In this document: positions 38,211 to 51,827 of the stretch, one piece after another
How the letters are laid out: each line of letters starts with the position of its first letter
How positions within the stretch are numbered: the first letter of the stretch is position 1
Source of the DNA: the human T2T-CHM13v2.0 reference genome, Homo sapiens
Reading direction: 5' to 3' (one strand)
Length of the DNA stretch: 64,000 bases
NCBI RefSeq assembly: GCF_009914755.1
Contig: NC_060930.1
Notes under the pieces: model-generated
What the model was told of the DNA's origin: nothing
Databases searched by the model: none
The model's input: only the letters and a program-made list of their open reading frames with translations
Translations under genes and position numbers: made by a program

Positions 38211-39045
38211 CTCTGGCTGGTGTGATGACTCTAGCTGGTATGATAACTCTGGCAGGTATGATGACCCTGGAGGGTGTGATGACCCCATCTAGTGTGATGA
38301 CTCTGGCTGGCATAATGACCCCAGCTGGTATGGTGACTCTGGCTGGTGTAATGACCCCAGCTGGTGAGATGACTCTGGCTGGTGTAAGGAGCCCAGCTGG
38401 TGTGATGACTCTGGCTGATGTAATGACCCCAGCGATAACTCTGGCTGGTGTAATGACCCCAGATGGTGTGATGACTCTGGCAGGCTGGCACGTGTGATGA
38501 CTCTAGCACATGCGATGACCCTGGAGGGTGTGATGACCCCAGCTGGTATGATGATTCTGGCAGGCATGATGACTCTAGCAGGTGTGATGACCCTGGAGGG
38601 TGTGATGACCCCAGCTGGTGTGATGACTCTGGCTGGTGTAATTATCCCAGCTGTTGTGATGACTCTGGCAGGTGTGACGACCCTGGCTGGTGTGATGACT
38701 CTAACAGGTGTGATGACTCTGGCTGGTGTGATGACCCTGGCAGGTGTGATGACCCTGGCTAGTGTTATTTATGATTCTGGCAAGTGTGATGATTCCGGCC
38801 TGTTTGATGACTCTGGCTGGTGTAATTACCCCAACTGGTGTGAGAACCCTGGCTGGTGTGATGACCCTGGCTGGTCTGATGACCCTGGCAGGTGTGATGA
38901 CTCTGGCAGGTTTGATGACTCTGGCTGGTGTGATGAGCCTGGCAGGTGTGATGACCCTGGCTAGTGTTATGATTCTGGCAGGTGTGATGATTCTGGCCTG
39001 TTTGATCAGACTCTGGCTGGTGTGATGATCCTGGCTGGTGTGATG
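38211..39045. repeat. 18-bp minisatellite (VNTR), consensus GGTGTGATGAC(T/C)CTGGC(T/A), about 46 units
   Basis: Direct tandem periodicity; translates as VMTLAG, CDD(S/P)GW and SHHTSQ repeats. Confidence 0.97.
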
Positions 39046-40682
39046 GCTGTTTGGCCGGTATCCAACTCCCCTCATGTTCAGTGCAGCGGGTGCTCCCTTC
39101 ACAAATGCCACTGGCTGGGCCACCAGTGAGCCTGTGCACAGTCAGCCTACATCCACCCCCCGCATTAGTGTTGTTGGTTCATGTCTCCCATTTGTTTCTA
39201 ACCAAACATTAAGTGAGGGCTATTTGCCAGCAAGAAAATGGGTTTTCTTTTTTTCTCTTGCTACTTTTGCCCACCAAAAGAGGTATTGAGAACTTTAAAG
39301 TGACCAGAAAGTTCTCAGCAAAGGAAAAACTGAAGAGACTTCAAGCTCCACACAGCAACAGTTAGCATTAATGATTGGGAGCTGGTCATTCTCACCACCT
39401 GAGAACATGAAACAGCTTGATTAGTGACTCCCTTTGGTTGCCAGCTGTGGCTGACATCCTTGGTTACCTCCAATCTTGTTTTCATTATTTCAGTTCCTCA
39501 CAAGGTAAGTTTTCACAGAATGGCTAGGGATATCTTTCTATCTACTAATTCTCTTCTATACTTTCTTGTAAATTCCACTTATTGAGACTTTATCATAGTT
39601 TCAGCCTATTTCAGGGATTTTTCTCTTTTTCCTTTTGTTCATTGTCTTCTTTCTCTTTCTCTGCCTCCTTTCCTCCCTTTACCCTTTTCCCGCCCTCCCT
39701 CCCTCTCTTAGAGCTGGAAATGGTGTTCTGTGCAGTGTGGGTTTTCAAAATGTTTACTAACTGGATTCATTTGCTCCACCCTTTATTATATCGTTTCCTG
39801 CACATGCTTGCCCAGAAAGTACCCTACACTTAAATATATCAACTTTTGGAGCCAAGAGACTAAATGCCACTATGACACTGATTTAACTTGATGAGAGAGT
39901 TGGAATGCTGAGTTCTCTGGATGGAAGGATGCCCCTGACTTTTCACGTGTGGAAAAGGACTATAGCAGCCGTTTAAATTAATGAAAAGGGAAAAGGCTGT
40001 GTGTGGTTTTCTGCAATGACCTTGTGTGTAGATACTGAGTTTTCACGGGATCTTTTGGGTGTGAGTTCATCCTTCTCTTCTTTGGTCTTGCTTTATATAT
40101 CAGACAGCTATTCAAGACCTTCTCTAAAATAGGAACCAAGTCACTTGGAAGAGAAGCGTGTATTTTAATCAGTTGTGAGGAATGTGCTTCCATGGCACTG
40201 CCTAACTGAGGAGGTTGTGCTTCTGTTGTGATTCTCTCTCATTTTCTTTGTGTCTGTCACCTCATACATATTTACATTTCAGGATTTTGCTTGAAAGCTA
40301 TGTTCTCCAGCAAGCTGTCTAGGTTACGTGGCACAAGAAAATCAGAGATTAAATTGGAATAAAGTCTATTTGGTGACTTATTTCAGGTACTGAGGCTCTT
40401 TTTCATATAGCTGTTAGGAAAGTTTTCTGCGTTCTGTTTGATCTGTTTCTTGCTTTGGAACCTCCACATATGTTGCCCCCCTTTTCTGAAGGGCACAGAA
40501 AAGTATAACCTGCTCCCACTAAGCCAGTTGCATAAATCATCTCTCTCAGAGTAAACCCACAGGGATTTCTTCTGCCTTGGATCCTGATCAGCAAGTTACA
40601 GAGTGGGGCTGGTATAATCAGTCATACACAGCATACAAGCCACTGGATACATTCTTTCACACTGTTTTAAAATCACGGTGCT

Positions 40683-40926
40683 TCACCTGAGGTCAGGAGT
40701 TTGAGACCAGCCTGACCAACATGGTGAAACCCCTTCTCTACTAAAAAAACAAAAATTAGGTGGGGATGGTGGTGTGCACCTGTAATCTCAGCTACTCGGG
40801 AGGCTGAAGCAGGAGAATTCCTTGAACCCGGGAGGCGGAGCTTGCAGTGAGCGGATATCGCGCCACTTCACTACAGCCCGGGTGAAAGAGCGAAACTCCA
40901 TCTCAAAAAAAAAAAAAAAAAAAAAA
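40683..40926 (+). mobile_element. 5'-truncated AluS SINE
   Basis: Begins tcacctgaggtcaggag; poly-A tail; imperfect TSD aaaat(c/a)acg(g/a)tgct. Confidence 0.95.
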
Positions 40927-43048
40927 TAACGATGCTTTGTAGAAAATGGTTCTTGTTTCCTTTGATTCCAGGTGAAGTTTTATGCCATGGTTATAAAGCC
41001 GTGGGAAGTGGGTACCTTTAATGGAGATGTTTCCAAAACCTTAATTATCAAGGAACAAGGGGTTCTTAAGGTTTTGTAGGGTGGGAGTGAAGTGAGGAAA
41101 ACATCACAGTGCATATGGAGGCACATTATCTGGGACCACGTTAGACACAGCTGAAATGCAGGTATGTGACTGGATATGCAACATAAATTCCATAATAAAT
41201 GGAAATTGTATTTTTGAAACACTGAAAGGCGTAAGTGAATTAATCTTTTGGCTTTAACTCCATGGGCTGCGTCCTATTCTCGGCGGAGCTATACACTTAG
41301 TACTGAATGAGACAAAAGATAGGGAAGCCCTCTTGGCTGGCAGCCTTAAAATTAAGTGAGGATTGTTTTTGTCCCTGTAGAGATGGGAAGAGGAGTCTCT
41401 GAATGGCTACGCTTTATGTACAAAACCAAACCGGGGTGCTGTAATTTTATAAATTCTCAGGGTTTTCAAGCTCTTAAAGAGGTGTCAAAGGCAACATTAT
41501 TCTGTAAGCATGCAATCATGGCTAGAATTTGTAATTTTATTTTATTTTTCACTCTATGTTTCATTTTACTTTATGTCATAAAATGCTGCTGGAGATCTCA
41601 GATTTCATCATTCTGCTAGTGATTGATCCTTTTCCCTTGGACTTTGAAGGTGAGAAGGGTAGGAGGTGCTGAATAACCAGACTCAATAGGGGAGATCCTG
41701 AAGGCCGCATGAGAGCCTGGGGCTTGAGCTCCTTGGCCTGCAGCAAAGCCTTTGCTCTTCTGGTTATAGCTGCCTAGTTCTGTACTGAAAAGAGATGCAT
41801 GTAAGTTCAGAACAAATTGTAAAAATTAAATCTTGCTTAATAAAGGTTTCCATTTGGTATATTAGGGAGGTTGTGAAGGAATATTTGTGTATCTATATTT
41901 TATTTCCTTACGATGTGCCTTTACAGAAAACGTTTTTTCCATGGTTAACAAGTTGTTCCCTCCTGATATGTGTGTATGTTGTCACATGTACAGTAGGAGT
42001 GGAAGTACCTGTTCATTCAGCCAGGGAGCTCTGCCATTTAGATATAGAGCTGTGAGTTCACAATTCCTTACCTGAATTGTGTTTTATGCTGTTCAAAAGT
42101 TAGTGAGGTTCAAAGGTACCCTAATTAGAGACTTTTTAATGCATTATTGTAATGAACCTCCTCTATAGAAAATAAATAGGAATCTAAGTTTTCTTTTCCC
42201 TCAGTTGTGATGTGAACATTTACCTAAATGTAACTAGACGTTGACAAGCAATCTGTCAATTCTATTTTAAAACTAAAGAGAAACAATTTTTAAACCACCT
42301 TTTTGAGGTCTCATTGCCATATGGAAAACTGTACATATTCAATATCTATATCTCTATGAGTTTGAAGATGAATACACGCCTGTGAAACCATCACCCATCA
42401 AGGCCATAAACATCCATCACCTCCCAAATTTTCCTCCTGTTCCCTTTATTATGATTATTGTTTTCTGAGGCTTTTCTGTTGTTTATTTTTTGTTGTAAGA
42501 ACAATTAACATAAAATCTATCCTTTTAAGAAATTCTAAGTATACAATACAGTGTTATTAGCTATAGGCACCATAGTAGATCACCAGAGCTTATTCATCTT
42601 ACGTCACTAAAACTTTGTACCCTTTAACCATACATTCCCCATTTCCTCCCGCTCCTGAAGCTTCTGTTAATTACCCTTCTACTCTCTGCTTCTATGAGTT
42701 AGTTATTTTAGATTCCACATGTAATTGAGATTATATAGCATTTGTCTTTCTGTGTCTGGCTTAGTTTACTTAATATAATGCCTTAAAGGTCCATCCATGC
42801 TGTAGGAAATGGAAGGATTTTCTTCTCTTATAAGGCTGAATATTATTTCATTATATGTATATATCACATTTCCTTTATCCATTCTTAGTTTGTAGACATT
42901 TAGTTTGCTTCCATATAGGCTATTGTGATTAATGCTGCAATGAACATGGGAGTAGATATCTCTTAGAGATAATGGTTTTATTTCCTTTCGATATATACAT
43001 AGAAGTGGAATTGCTGGATCATATGGTGGCTCTATTGTTCATTTTTAA

Positions 43049-43331
<283 letters not shown>

Positions 43332-44743
43332 TGTGGTGCCTGTAGACACTTAGACCAATGGAACAAAATTGAGAGCCCAGAAATAAATCCATACATGTAC
43401 GGTCAACTAAGTCCATTGGTCTACAGGCACAGCCTCCATATTGTTTTTTATAATGGCTGTTCCAGTTTACATTCCCATGTGCTATGTGCAAGCATTCCCT
43501 TTTCTCCACATTCTTGGCAACACTTGTTATCTTTTTTTTTTTTAAATAGCCATTCTAACAGATGAGAGGTAATGTCTCATTGTGGTTTAAATTTGCATTT
43601 CACTGATGATCAGTGATATTGAGCATCTTTTCATATATCTGTTGGCCATTTGTATGTCTTCTTTTGAGAAATGTCTCTTACGGTCCTTTGCTCATTTTTT
43701 CAATTGGGTTATTTGGCTTTTTGCCATTCACTTTAATGAATTATTTGTATGTTTTGGATATTAACCCTTATCAGATATATGGTTCACGGATATATTCTCC
43801 CATTTTGTGGGCTACCTTTTTGCTTTGTTGATTGTCTCCCTTGTTCTGCAGAAGCTTCTTAGCTTGATGTAGTTCCACTTACTTATTTTAGCTTTTTCTT
43901 GGTCTGTGCTTTCAGTGTCATATCTGAAAAATTATTGCCAAGACCAATGCTAAGGAGCTATTTCCTCTGTATTTTCTCCTAGGAGTTTTATGGTTTCAGC
44001 TCTTAGGTTGAAGGCTTTAATCTGTTTTGAGTTGACTTTTGTATATGACATAAGGTTGCAGTTTTATTCTTTTGCATGTGGTTATCCAGTTTTCCTAACA
44101 CCATTTGAAAAGACTATGCTTTGCCTATTGTGTCTTCTTGGAGCTCTTGTTGAAAATTAATTGACCATATATATACGGATTTATTTCTGGGCTGTCAATT
44201 TTGTTCCATTGGTCTAAGTGTCTGTCTTTATGTCAGTGTCATATTACTTTGATTACCTGGTGATATAATTTAAAATCAGTAAGTACAATTCCTCCAGCTT
44301 TCTTAGTCATGCTCAAGATAGCCTTGGCTATTTGAGATCTTTTGTGGTTCCATGTGAATCTTGGAATTGTGTTTTCTACTTCTGTGAAAAATGTCACTGG
44401 AATTTTAAATAGGGATTGCATTGAATTAGTAGATCACTTCAGATAGTATGGATATTTTAACAACATTGATTCTTTCATTCCATAAACATGGGATACCTTT
44501 TTAGTTATGTGCGGATACTTTTCTTTCATAAATGTGTTACATTTTCAGTGTATGGATCTTTCACCTCTTTGGTTAAATTTATTCTCAAATATTTTATTCC
44601 TCTTAATGCTATTTTAAATGGAATTGTTTTCTTAATTTCTTTATTTGATAGTTCATTGTTGGTGTATAGAAATAAAATTGATTTTGCCTGTTGATTCTGT
44701 ATCCTGAAACTTTACTGGAGTCATTTATTAGTTTTAACAGTTT

Positions 44744-44781
44744 TGTGTGTGTGTGTGTGTGTGGTGTGTGTGTGTGTGTGT
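44744..44781 (+). repeat. (TG)n microsatellite within L1
   Basis: TG run with one interruption. Confidence 0.95.
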
Positions 44782-47458
44782 GGAGTCTTCAGGCCTTTCT
44801 ATGTATAAGATTATGACTGCAAACAGAGACAATGTAACTCCTTCCTTTCTGACTTGAATGACTTTCATTGCTGTCTCTGACCTAGTTGTTCTTGTACTGG
44901 GACTTCTAGTACTAGGTTGAATATAAGTGGTGAAAATGGGCATCATTGTCTTGTTCTTGATTTTAGAGAAAAAGTTTTCAACTTTTCATTCTTGAGTATG
45001 ATGTTACCTATGGGCTTGTCATACATGGCCTTTATTGTGTTGGGATATATTCATTCTATACCTAATTTGTTGAGAGTTTTTTATTATGAGAGGATGTTAA
45101 ATTTTGTTAAATGCTATTCTGCATCTATTGAGATGATTATATAATTTTTATCTCTCATTCTATTAGTGTGATCTATCACATTTATTGATTTGTATATGTT
45201 GAACCATCCTTGCGTCTCAAAGATAGGCTCTCCTTGGTCATGGTGATGATCTTTTCAATGTCCCGTTGAATTCTGTTTGCTAGTCTTTTATTGAGGATTT
45301 TTGCATCTATGTTCATAAGGGATATTGGTCTTTTTTTCTTACAGTGTCCTTGCCTGGCTTTTGCATCAGGGTAATCCTGGCCTTGTAGAATGAGTTTGGA
45401 AGTATTCCCTTTTCAAATTTTTGGGGGAATTTGAGAAGCACTGGTGTTAATTCTTATTGAAATGTTGGTAGAATTTACCAGTGAAGCCATCTGGTTCTGG
45501 ACTTTTCTTTGTTGGGAGACTTTTGATTAGTGATTCAATCGCCTTACTCACTATTTTTTTGTTCAGATTTTCTATTTCTTCATGGTTTAGTCTTGGTAGG
45601 TTGTATATTTCTAGGAATTTATCCATTTCTTCTGAGTTATTCAATTTGTTGCTGTATAATTGTTCATAGTAGTCTCTTAAAATCCTTTGTACTTCTGTGG
45701 TATCAGTTGTAATCTCTCTTCTTTCATGTCTGATTTTATTTATTTGAGTCTTCTCTGTTTTTTCTTAGTCCAGCTAAAGATTTGCCAGTTTTGTATTCTC
45801 AAAAAGCCAGCTCTTAGTTTGTTGATTTTTCTGTTGGTTTTCTAGTCTCTATTTTACTTATTTATGCTCTGATCTTTATCATTTTCCTCTATTAAATTTG
45901 GGCTTAGTTTGTTTCTCTTTTTCTCGTTCCTTCAGGTGTAAAATTTGATTGTTTCTCTGAAATCTTTCTTTTTTCTTAATGTAGGCATTTATTGCTACAA
46001 ACTTCCTTTTTATACCTGCTTTTGCTGCATCCTATAAGTTTTGGTATTTTGTTTCCATTTTTGTTTGTTTCGAGATACTTTTCTGATTTCCCTTTTAATT
46101 TCTTTTTTTTGACTCATTGGTTATTCGGGAATGTATTGCTTAATTTCTACCTATTTATAAACTTTCCAAGTTTTCTCCTGTGATTGATTTCTACTTTTAT
46201 ACCATTGTGGTAAAGAAATCTGATATGATTTCAGTATTCTTAAATTGGTTAAGATTTGTTTTGTTGCTTAACATGTGATTTATTCTGGATAATGCTCCAT
46301 GTGTGTTTGAGAATAATGTATATTCTGTTGCTGTTGGAGGGAATGTTCTGTATATGTCTATAAGGTCCATTTGGTCTATAGTGATGTTTGAGTCATTGCT
46401 TATTAAAAAGCTGTTTCTTAATTTGATTTTCTGTCTAGATTATCTATTCATTGTTGAAAGTGAATACTAAAGTTCCTTACTGTTACTGTATTGCTATGTA
46501 TTTCTTCATTCAGTTCTGTTAGTATTTGCTTTATGTATTTAGGTGTTCTAATGTTGGGTGCATATATGTTTATAATTGTTATATCCTTTTGATGAATTGG
46601 CCCCTTTATCATTATATTATGAATTTATTTGTCTTGTGTGACAATTTTGACTTTAAGTTTTTCTTTTTTGATATAAGTATACCCACTTATGTTCTCTTTG
46701 GGTTACAATTTGCATGTAATATCTTTTTCCATCTTTTCAGTTTCTGCTTATGGGTGTCTTTAAATCTAAAGTGAGCCTTTTGTAGGCAGCATATAGTTGC
46801 CTCTTTAAAAAAATCCACTTAATCTCTCTATATCATTTGATTTGAGAATTTAATCTATTTATATTTTAAGTAATATTGATAGATAAGAACTTACTAGTGC
46901 CATTTTTGTTTATTATTTTCTAGTGGTTTTATATATCTTTTGTTTCTTCTCTTCCTTTGTGATTTGACTAGATTTTTGTAGTAGTATGCTTTGATTTATC
47001 TTTTCTGTATCTATTATAGATTTTTGATATGTCATTAACATGAGGCTTAACATGAAACATTATAGCTATACCAGTCTATTTTAAACAGTTAATTTAATTT
47101 TAATTGCATATGGAAATTCTACAGTTTTAGTCCTCCCTTTCACACATTTTATGTTATTACCTTCACAATTTACATCTTTTTATATTATGTATCTGTTAAA
47201 AATTATTGTAGGTATAGTTATTTTAATACCTTTGTCTTATAACTTTTATACTACTGCTAAAAGTGATTTATACACCACTATTATAGTATTAGAATATTTT
47301 GAATTTGTGTATATACTCACCTTTATCAGTGAGTTTTGTTCCTTCATATGTTTTCATGTTACTAATTAGTGTCTTTTTGTTTCAATTTGAAAAACTCCTG
47401 TTAGTGTTTTTTGCAAGGTAGGCCTAGTGGTGAACTCCTACAGCTTTTGTTTTTCTGA

Positions 47459-47776
<318 letters not shown>

Positions 47777-47856
47777 TCTCCTTCATTTTTGAAGGACAGA
47801 TTTTCTGTACATAGTATTCTTGGTTGGTAGTTTTTTCATTCAGCACTTTGAATGTA

Positions 47857-48300
47857 CTGGTTGACTTTGAACAACATAGGTTTGAACTATGTGGGTTCCC
47901 TTGTATGCAGATTTCCTTCTACCTCTTCCATCCCTGAGACAGCAAGACCAACCTTTTTGTTTCCTCCTCCTCCTCAGGATACTCAGCATCAAGATGACAA
48001 GGATGAACACTTTTATAATGATCCACTTCTACTTAATAAATAATAAATGTACTTTTTCTTTGTTATGATTTTCTTAATAACATTTTCTTTGCACTAGTTT
48101 ACTCTATCATAAGAAAACAGTATATAATGCATATAGCTTATAGAATATGGATTAAATAACTGTAATGTCATTGGTTAACACTTTAGGTCAATAGTAGGCT
48201 ACTAGTAATTAAGTTTTGGGGGAATCAACAGTTATACATGAATTTTTGACTGTGTAGGGGGTTAGTGTTCCTAACCCCCATGTTGTTTGAGGGTCAACTG
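47857..48300 (+). mobile_element. Tigger2a (MER28)-like TcMar DNA transposon
   Basis: TA|ctggttgactttgaacaaca ... tgttgtttgagggtcaactg|TA terminal inverted repeats; internal cctgagacagcaagaccaacc. Confidence 0.9.
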
Positions 48301-49987
48301 TATTATCCATCTAATCTGCAATGTTTCTGCTGAGAAAATGTACGGATAGTCTCATGGAGGTTCCCTTATATGTGCCAATTTGTTTTTCTCTTGCTACTTT
48401 CAAAATTCCTTCTGCATTTGACTTTTGGCAATTTGATTATAGCGTGTCTAACTGAAGACCTTTCATGCTCAACCTATTTGAAGTTTTCTGTGCTTCATGG
48501 ATCTGGACATTCATTTTCTATATTTGGGAAATTCTCTGCAATTATTTCTATAAATAAGCTTCTATGCTTTTCTTACTCCTGTCTCCTTCTGGAACTCCCA
48601 TAATGTGTATGTTGGTTTGGTCAATTGTGTCCCATGTATCCCATAGGTTTTCTTTTTTATTTTCTTTTTGTTTCTCTGACCGGATAATTTTGAATGATCT
48701 GTCTTTGAGTTTATTGAATCTTTCTTCTGATTGATTGAGACTGCTGTTCAAATTCTTTACTGCATTTTTTAGTTCAGACACTATATTCTTTAGCTATAGA
48801 ATTTCTGTCATGTACTATTTTCCTGAATTCAGTTAGTTGTCTATATGTTCTTTTGTAGCTCACTGAGCTTCTTTAAAATGATGATTTTGTATTATTTGTC
48901 AGGAATTTCACAGATATCCATTTCTTCAGTGTTAGCCACTGGAGCTCTATTTTGCTCCCTTGGTGGTGATATGTTTCCTTGATTCTCTGAAGACTTATAC
49001 TGCTGTCTTTGCATTTGAAGAAGCAGTCACCTTCTCCAGTCTTTACTGACTGGCTTCATGAGAGAAAGATCTTCACCAGTGGGCCTAGATAGTGATTCTG
49101 GGGGTCTTTAAAGCTTTTCTATGTGTGTGCCTATTCCACTTTTCTTGTTCATTCTTATGGGGGAATCTTAAGAGATTGTGTTCCTTTTCTCATTCCCATA
49201 AAGCCAGGCCTCACAAAGTTGTGAGTCTGCTATTTATTTTCTCTAGGGCAGTACCCTGAAGTGTTCTTCAGGGAACAAAACTGCGTTCCTTCTCCTAAAC
49301 CAGCAGATTTGAGCTGGATGCTAAGAGCCACACCTCTGTTGATACCCAGCATGCTGTCTGTGGGAGCTTACATGGGGTGTTCACAGAGCACATGGGGTGC
49401 TGTGCACAGGGGACTGCCACTTTATGGAGTCCATGAGCTGGTTAACAGGATCTGTGGCCAGCTGTTGAGAAATGTACCGGTTGCTATATGCTGCTCCCTG
49501 CCACCTTGTTTCTAGCTGCCCCCAGACGATTCAGCCATGCCAGTCCCCTCAGTGTTCTGGGTGGAGGAGACAGAAATGAGCATGCTGGGTGCATCCTGCA
49601 AGGCTTGGGAAGCCAGCTGCTCACTTTGCTCTCATTTTCCACTGTGGGAGATATTGTGGGCTGAGGAAGTCTCTTTCAGCACCAGGCCATGCTGAGTGTG
49701 ATAGGGGTAAAGTGAAACTACTCTTCTTACCCTTTTTAATGCATTCACTTACCTCAAATTTTTTGTTCCACTGGGGTGCTGGAACCTCTCAGCTAGATTC
49801 TGGGACTTTCCGAAGGCATTCTTGTCCATGGATGGTTGCTGAAACCAGTGCTTCTGTGGGGCCATAAGGGCTGGATCCTCCCATGTTGCCATTTTACTAA
49901 CATTACTAACAATTTCTTAATTATTAAAAGAATATGTCACAGAGCAGAGTTTGGAAAATTTTAAGTGACAGAACTCCATTTTAAAAT

Positions 49988-50256
49988 CAAATACCACATG
50001 TTCTCCCTCATAGGTGGGAATTGAACAATGAGAACACTTGGACACAGGGCGGGGAACATCACACACCGGGGCCTGTCGTGGGGTGGGGGGATTGGGGAGG
50101 AATAGCATTAGGAGAAATACCTAATGTAAATGACGAGTTAATGGATGCAGCACACCAACATGGCACATGTATACCTATGTAACAAACCTGCACGTTGTAC
50201 ACATGTACCCTAGAACTTAAAGTATAATTTAAAAAAAGTAAATAAAATAAAATAAA
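49988..50256 (+). mobile_element. L1PA 3' end (5'-truncated primate L1)
   Basis: catgttctccctcataggtgggaattgaacaatgagaacacttggacacaggg...catgtaccctagaacttaaagtataat plus A-rich tail. Confidence 0.95.
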
Positions 50257-50267
50257 TATGGATTTTT

Positions 50268-50550
50268 TGCAATTGAATGAATTGTGTCTACCCCAAGATC
50301 ATCTGTTGAAGCCCATCCCCCCAATGTGATGGTAATAGGAGATGAGGCCTTTGGAGAGTAATTAGGTTTAGATGATGTCATGAGGGTGGGTCCCCCATGA
50401 TGGCATTATACTCTCCCTATAGGAAGAGGAAGAGAGACCAGAGCTGTCTCTCTCTTCCTGCCATGTGAGGACACAGTGAGAAGGCAGTCTGTGTCTTCTA
50501 CAAGCCACGAAGGAAGTCTTCACTGGAACCCAACCATGCTGGCATCCTGA
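50268..50550 (+). mobile_element. MLT1A-type LTR, 3'-truncated
   Basis: tgttgaagcc...aatgtgatggta...ggtttagatgatgtcatgagggtggg...aaccatgctggcatcctga. Confidence 0.82.
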
Positions 50551-50900
50551 CCAGAAACTGGGTGGCTTAAACAACAAAAGTTTATTTTCTGACAGTTTTG
50601 GAGGCTAGAAATCCCAGATCGAGATGATATGAGGGTTGGTGTTGGCGATTCCTCTATTTTTGGCTGATAGATGGCCACCTCTTGTTGTGTTCTCACATGA
50701 CCTCTGTTCTGTGAGTGTGTGGGAGATTGCTCTCTGGTCTTTCTCTTCCTGTAAAGACACCAATCCTATTCAATTAGGGCTTCACCCTATGACCTCAGTT
50801 AACCTTCATGCCCTTCCTAAAGACCCCATCTCTAAATATAGTCACATGGGGAGTGAGGGCTTCATATGAACTTTGTGAAGACCCAATTCAGTCCGTAACA
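50551..50900 (-). mobile_element. MLT1A/B-type LTR, opposite orientation
   Basis: actgggtggcttaaacaacaaaagtttattttctgacagttttggaggctag...attcagtccgtaaca. Confidence 0.82.
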
Positions 50901-50904
50901 GGGG

Positions 50905-51025
50905 TAAGCAAATATTTAATTCATAGAATTGATGTGACGTTTACATGGTTAATACATAAGAAATGCTTGAAACAGTGCCTTGTAGAGTGTAAGTGCTTAA
51001 TAATTGTTAGTTGTTTTTATTATTA
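50905..51025 (+). mobile_element. MIR 3' fragment
   Basis: tcatagaattgatgtgacg...aaatgcttgaaacagtgcc...taagtgcttaataattgttag. Confidence 0.65.
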
Positions 51026-51595
51026 GAAAATCGTGGCTTTTTTTAAAAAGTCTGATCCATATTGATAGTGCCCAAACTTTGGAAAGAGGTGGATAATTTC
51101 ATGTGGTTTTACTCAGCACTATCTTAGCAGACAGAGGTCCAAGTTAGTTCCTTCTGTCCTGCAACCTGAGCCTTAACACCCCTGGGACCCTCATGGAAGT
51201 GGAGGCCAGTGGAGCTGCTCCACACCTTGAGAGCTGAGTGTGCAATTCTCTGCCTGTCAGTTTTCACTCTTCTAACCAAGAAGGTCTGCTGAACATGATG
51301 AGGAGGTGAGTTTCATGTTTGGCTTGTCCCAGTCCAGATCTGCAATTTCAGTTTTGGCAGAACAAGGCTGGTCTAAGACAGCTGGGAGCAAAAAATTCAT
51401 GCACCAGTTTGGGGGCAGAAGCTGGGTTCCATTAATCTCTGCAGTCTGGGTGACCGTCTCAATGCCTAGGAAAGCAGAGAGTGTGTCAATAAATATTTGT
51501 TGAATGAATATATAATGAGTGAATGGTGGTTGAATAGTGCCTTTCTTTTAAAGATTGGTGAGATACAAAGGTTTGTCTGTAGCCTCTTTTCTCCC

Positions 51596-51746
51596 AAAAA
51601 AAAAAGTAAGAATAGAAAAGAAAGAAGGCAGAAAGACAAAAAAGAAAAAGAAAGAAAAGAAGAAAGGGAGAAAAAAGGAAGAAAATAGGAAGGCAAGAAG
51701 AAAGGAAAGAAGGAAGAAAAGGAGGAGGGGGAAAAGAGGAAGGGAG
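51596..51746 (+). repeat. GA-rich low-complexity polypurine tract
   Basis: About 150 bp almost exclusively A/G. Confidence 0.9.
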
Positions 51747-51827
51747 GGAGGAACACAGCTGTCTTAGAATTTGGGAGGAACACAGCTGTCTTAGAATTTG
51801 GGAGGAACACAGCTGTCTTAGAATTTG
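51747..51827 (+). repeat. Perfect 3 x 27-bp tandem repeat
   Basis: GGAGGAACACAGCTGTCTTAGAATTTG at 51747, 51774 and 51801. Confidence 0.97.

Noticed and set aside
38222-39139. Repeat-protein ORFs, CRISPR-like array or C/D-box snoRNA cluster in the VNTR
   Set aside because: ORFs follow trivially from the 18-bp unit. There are no unique spacers and the DNA is eukaryotic. The GTGATGA C-box motif recurs but paired CTGA D boxes and terminal stems are essentially absent
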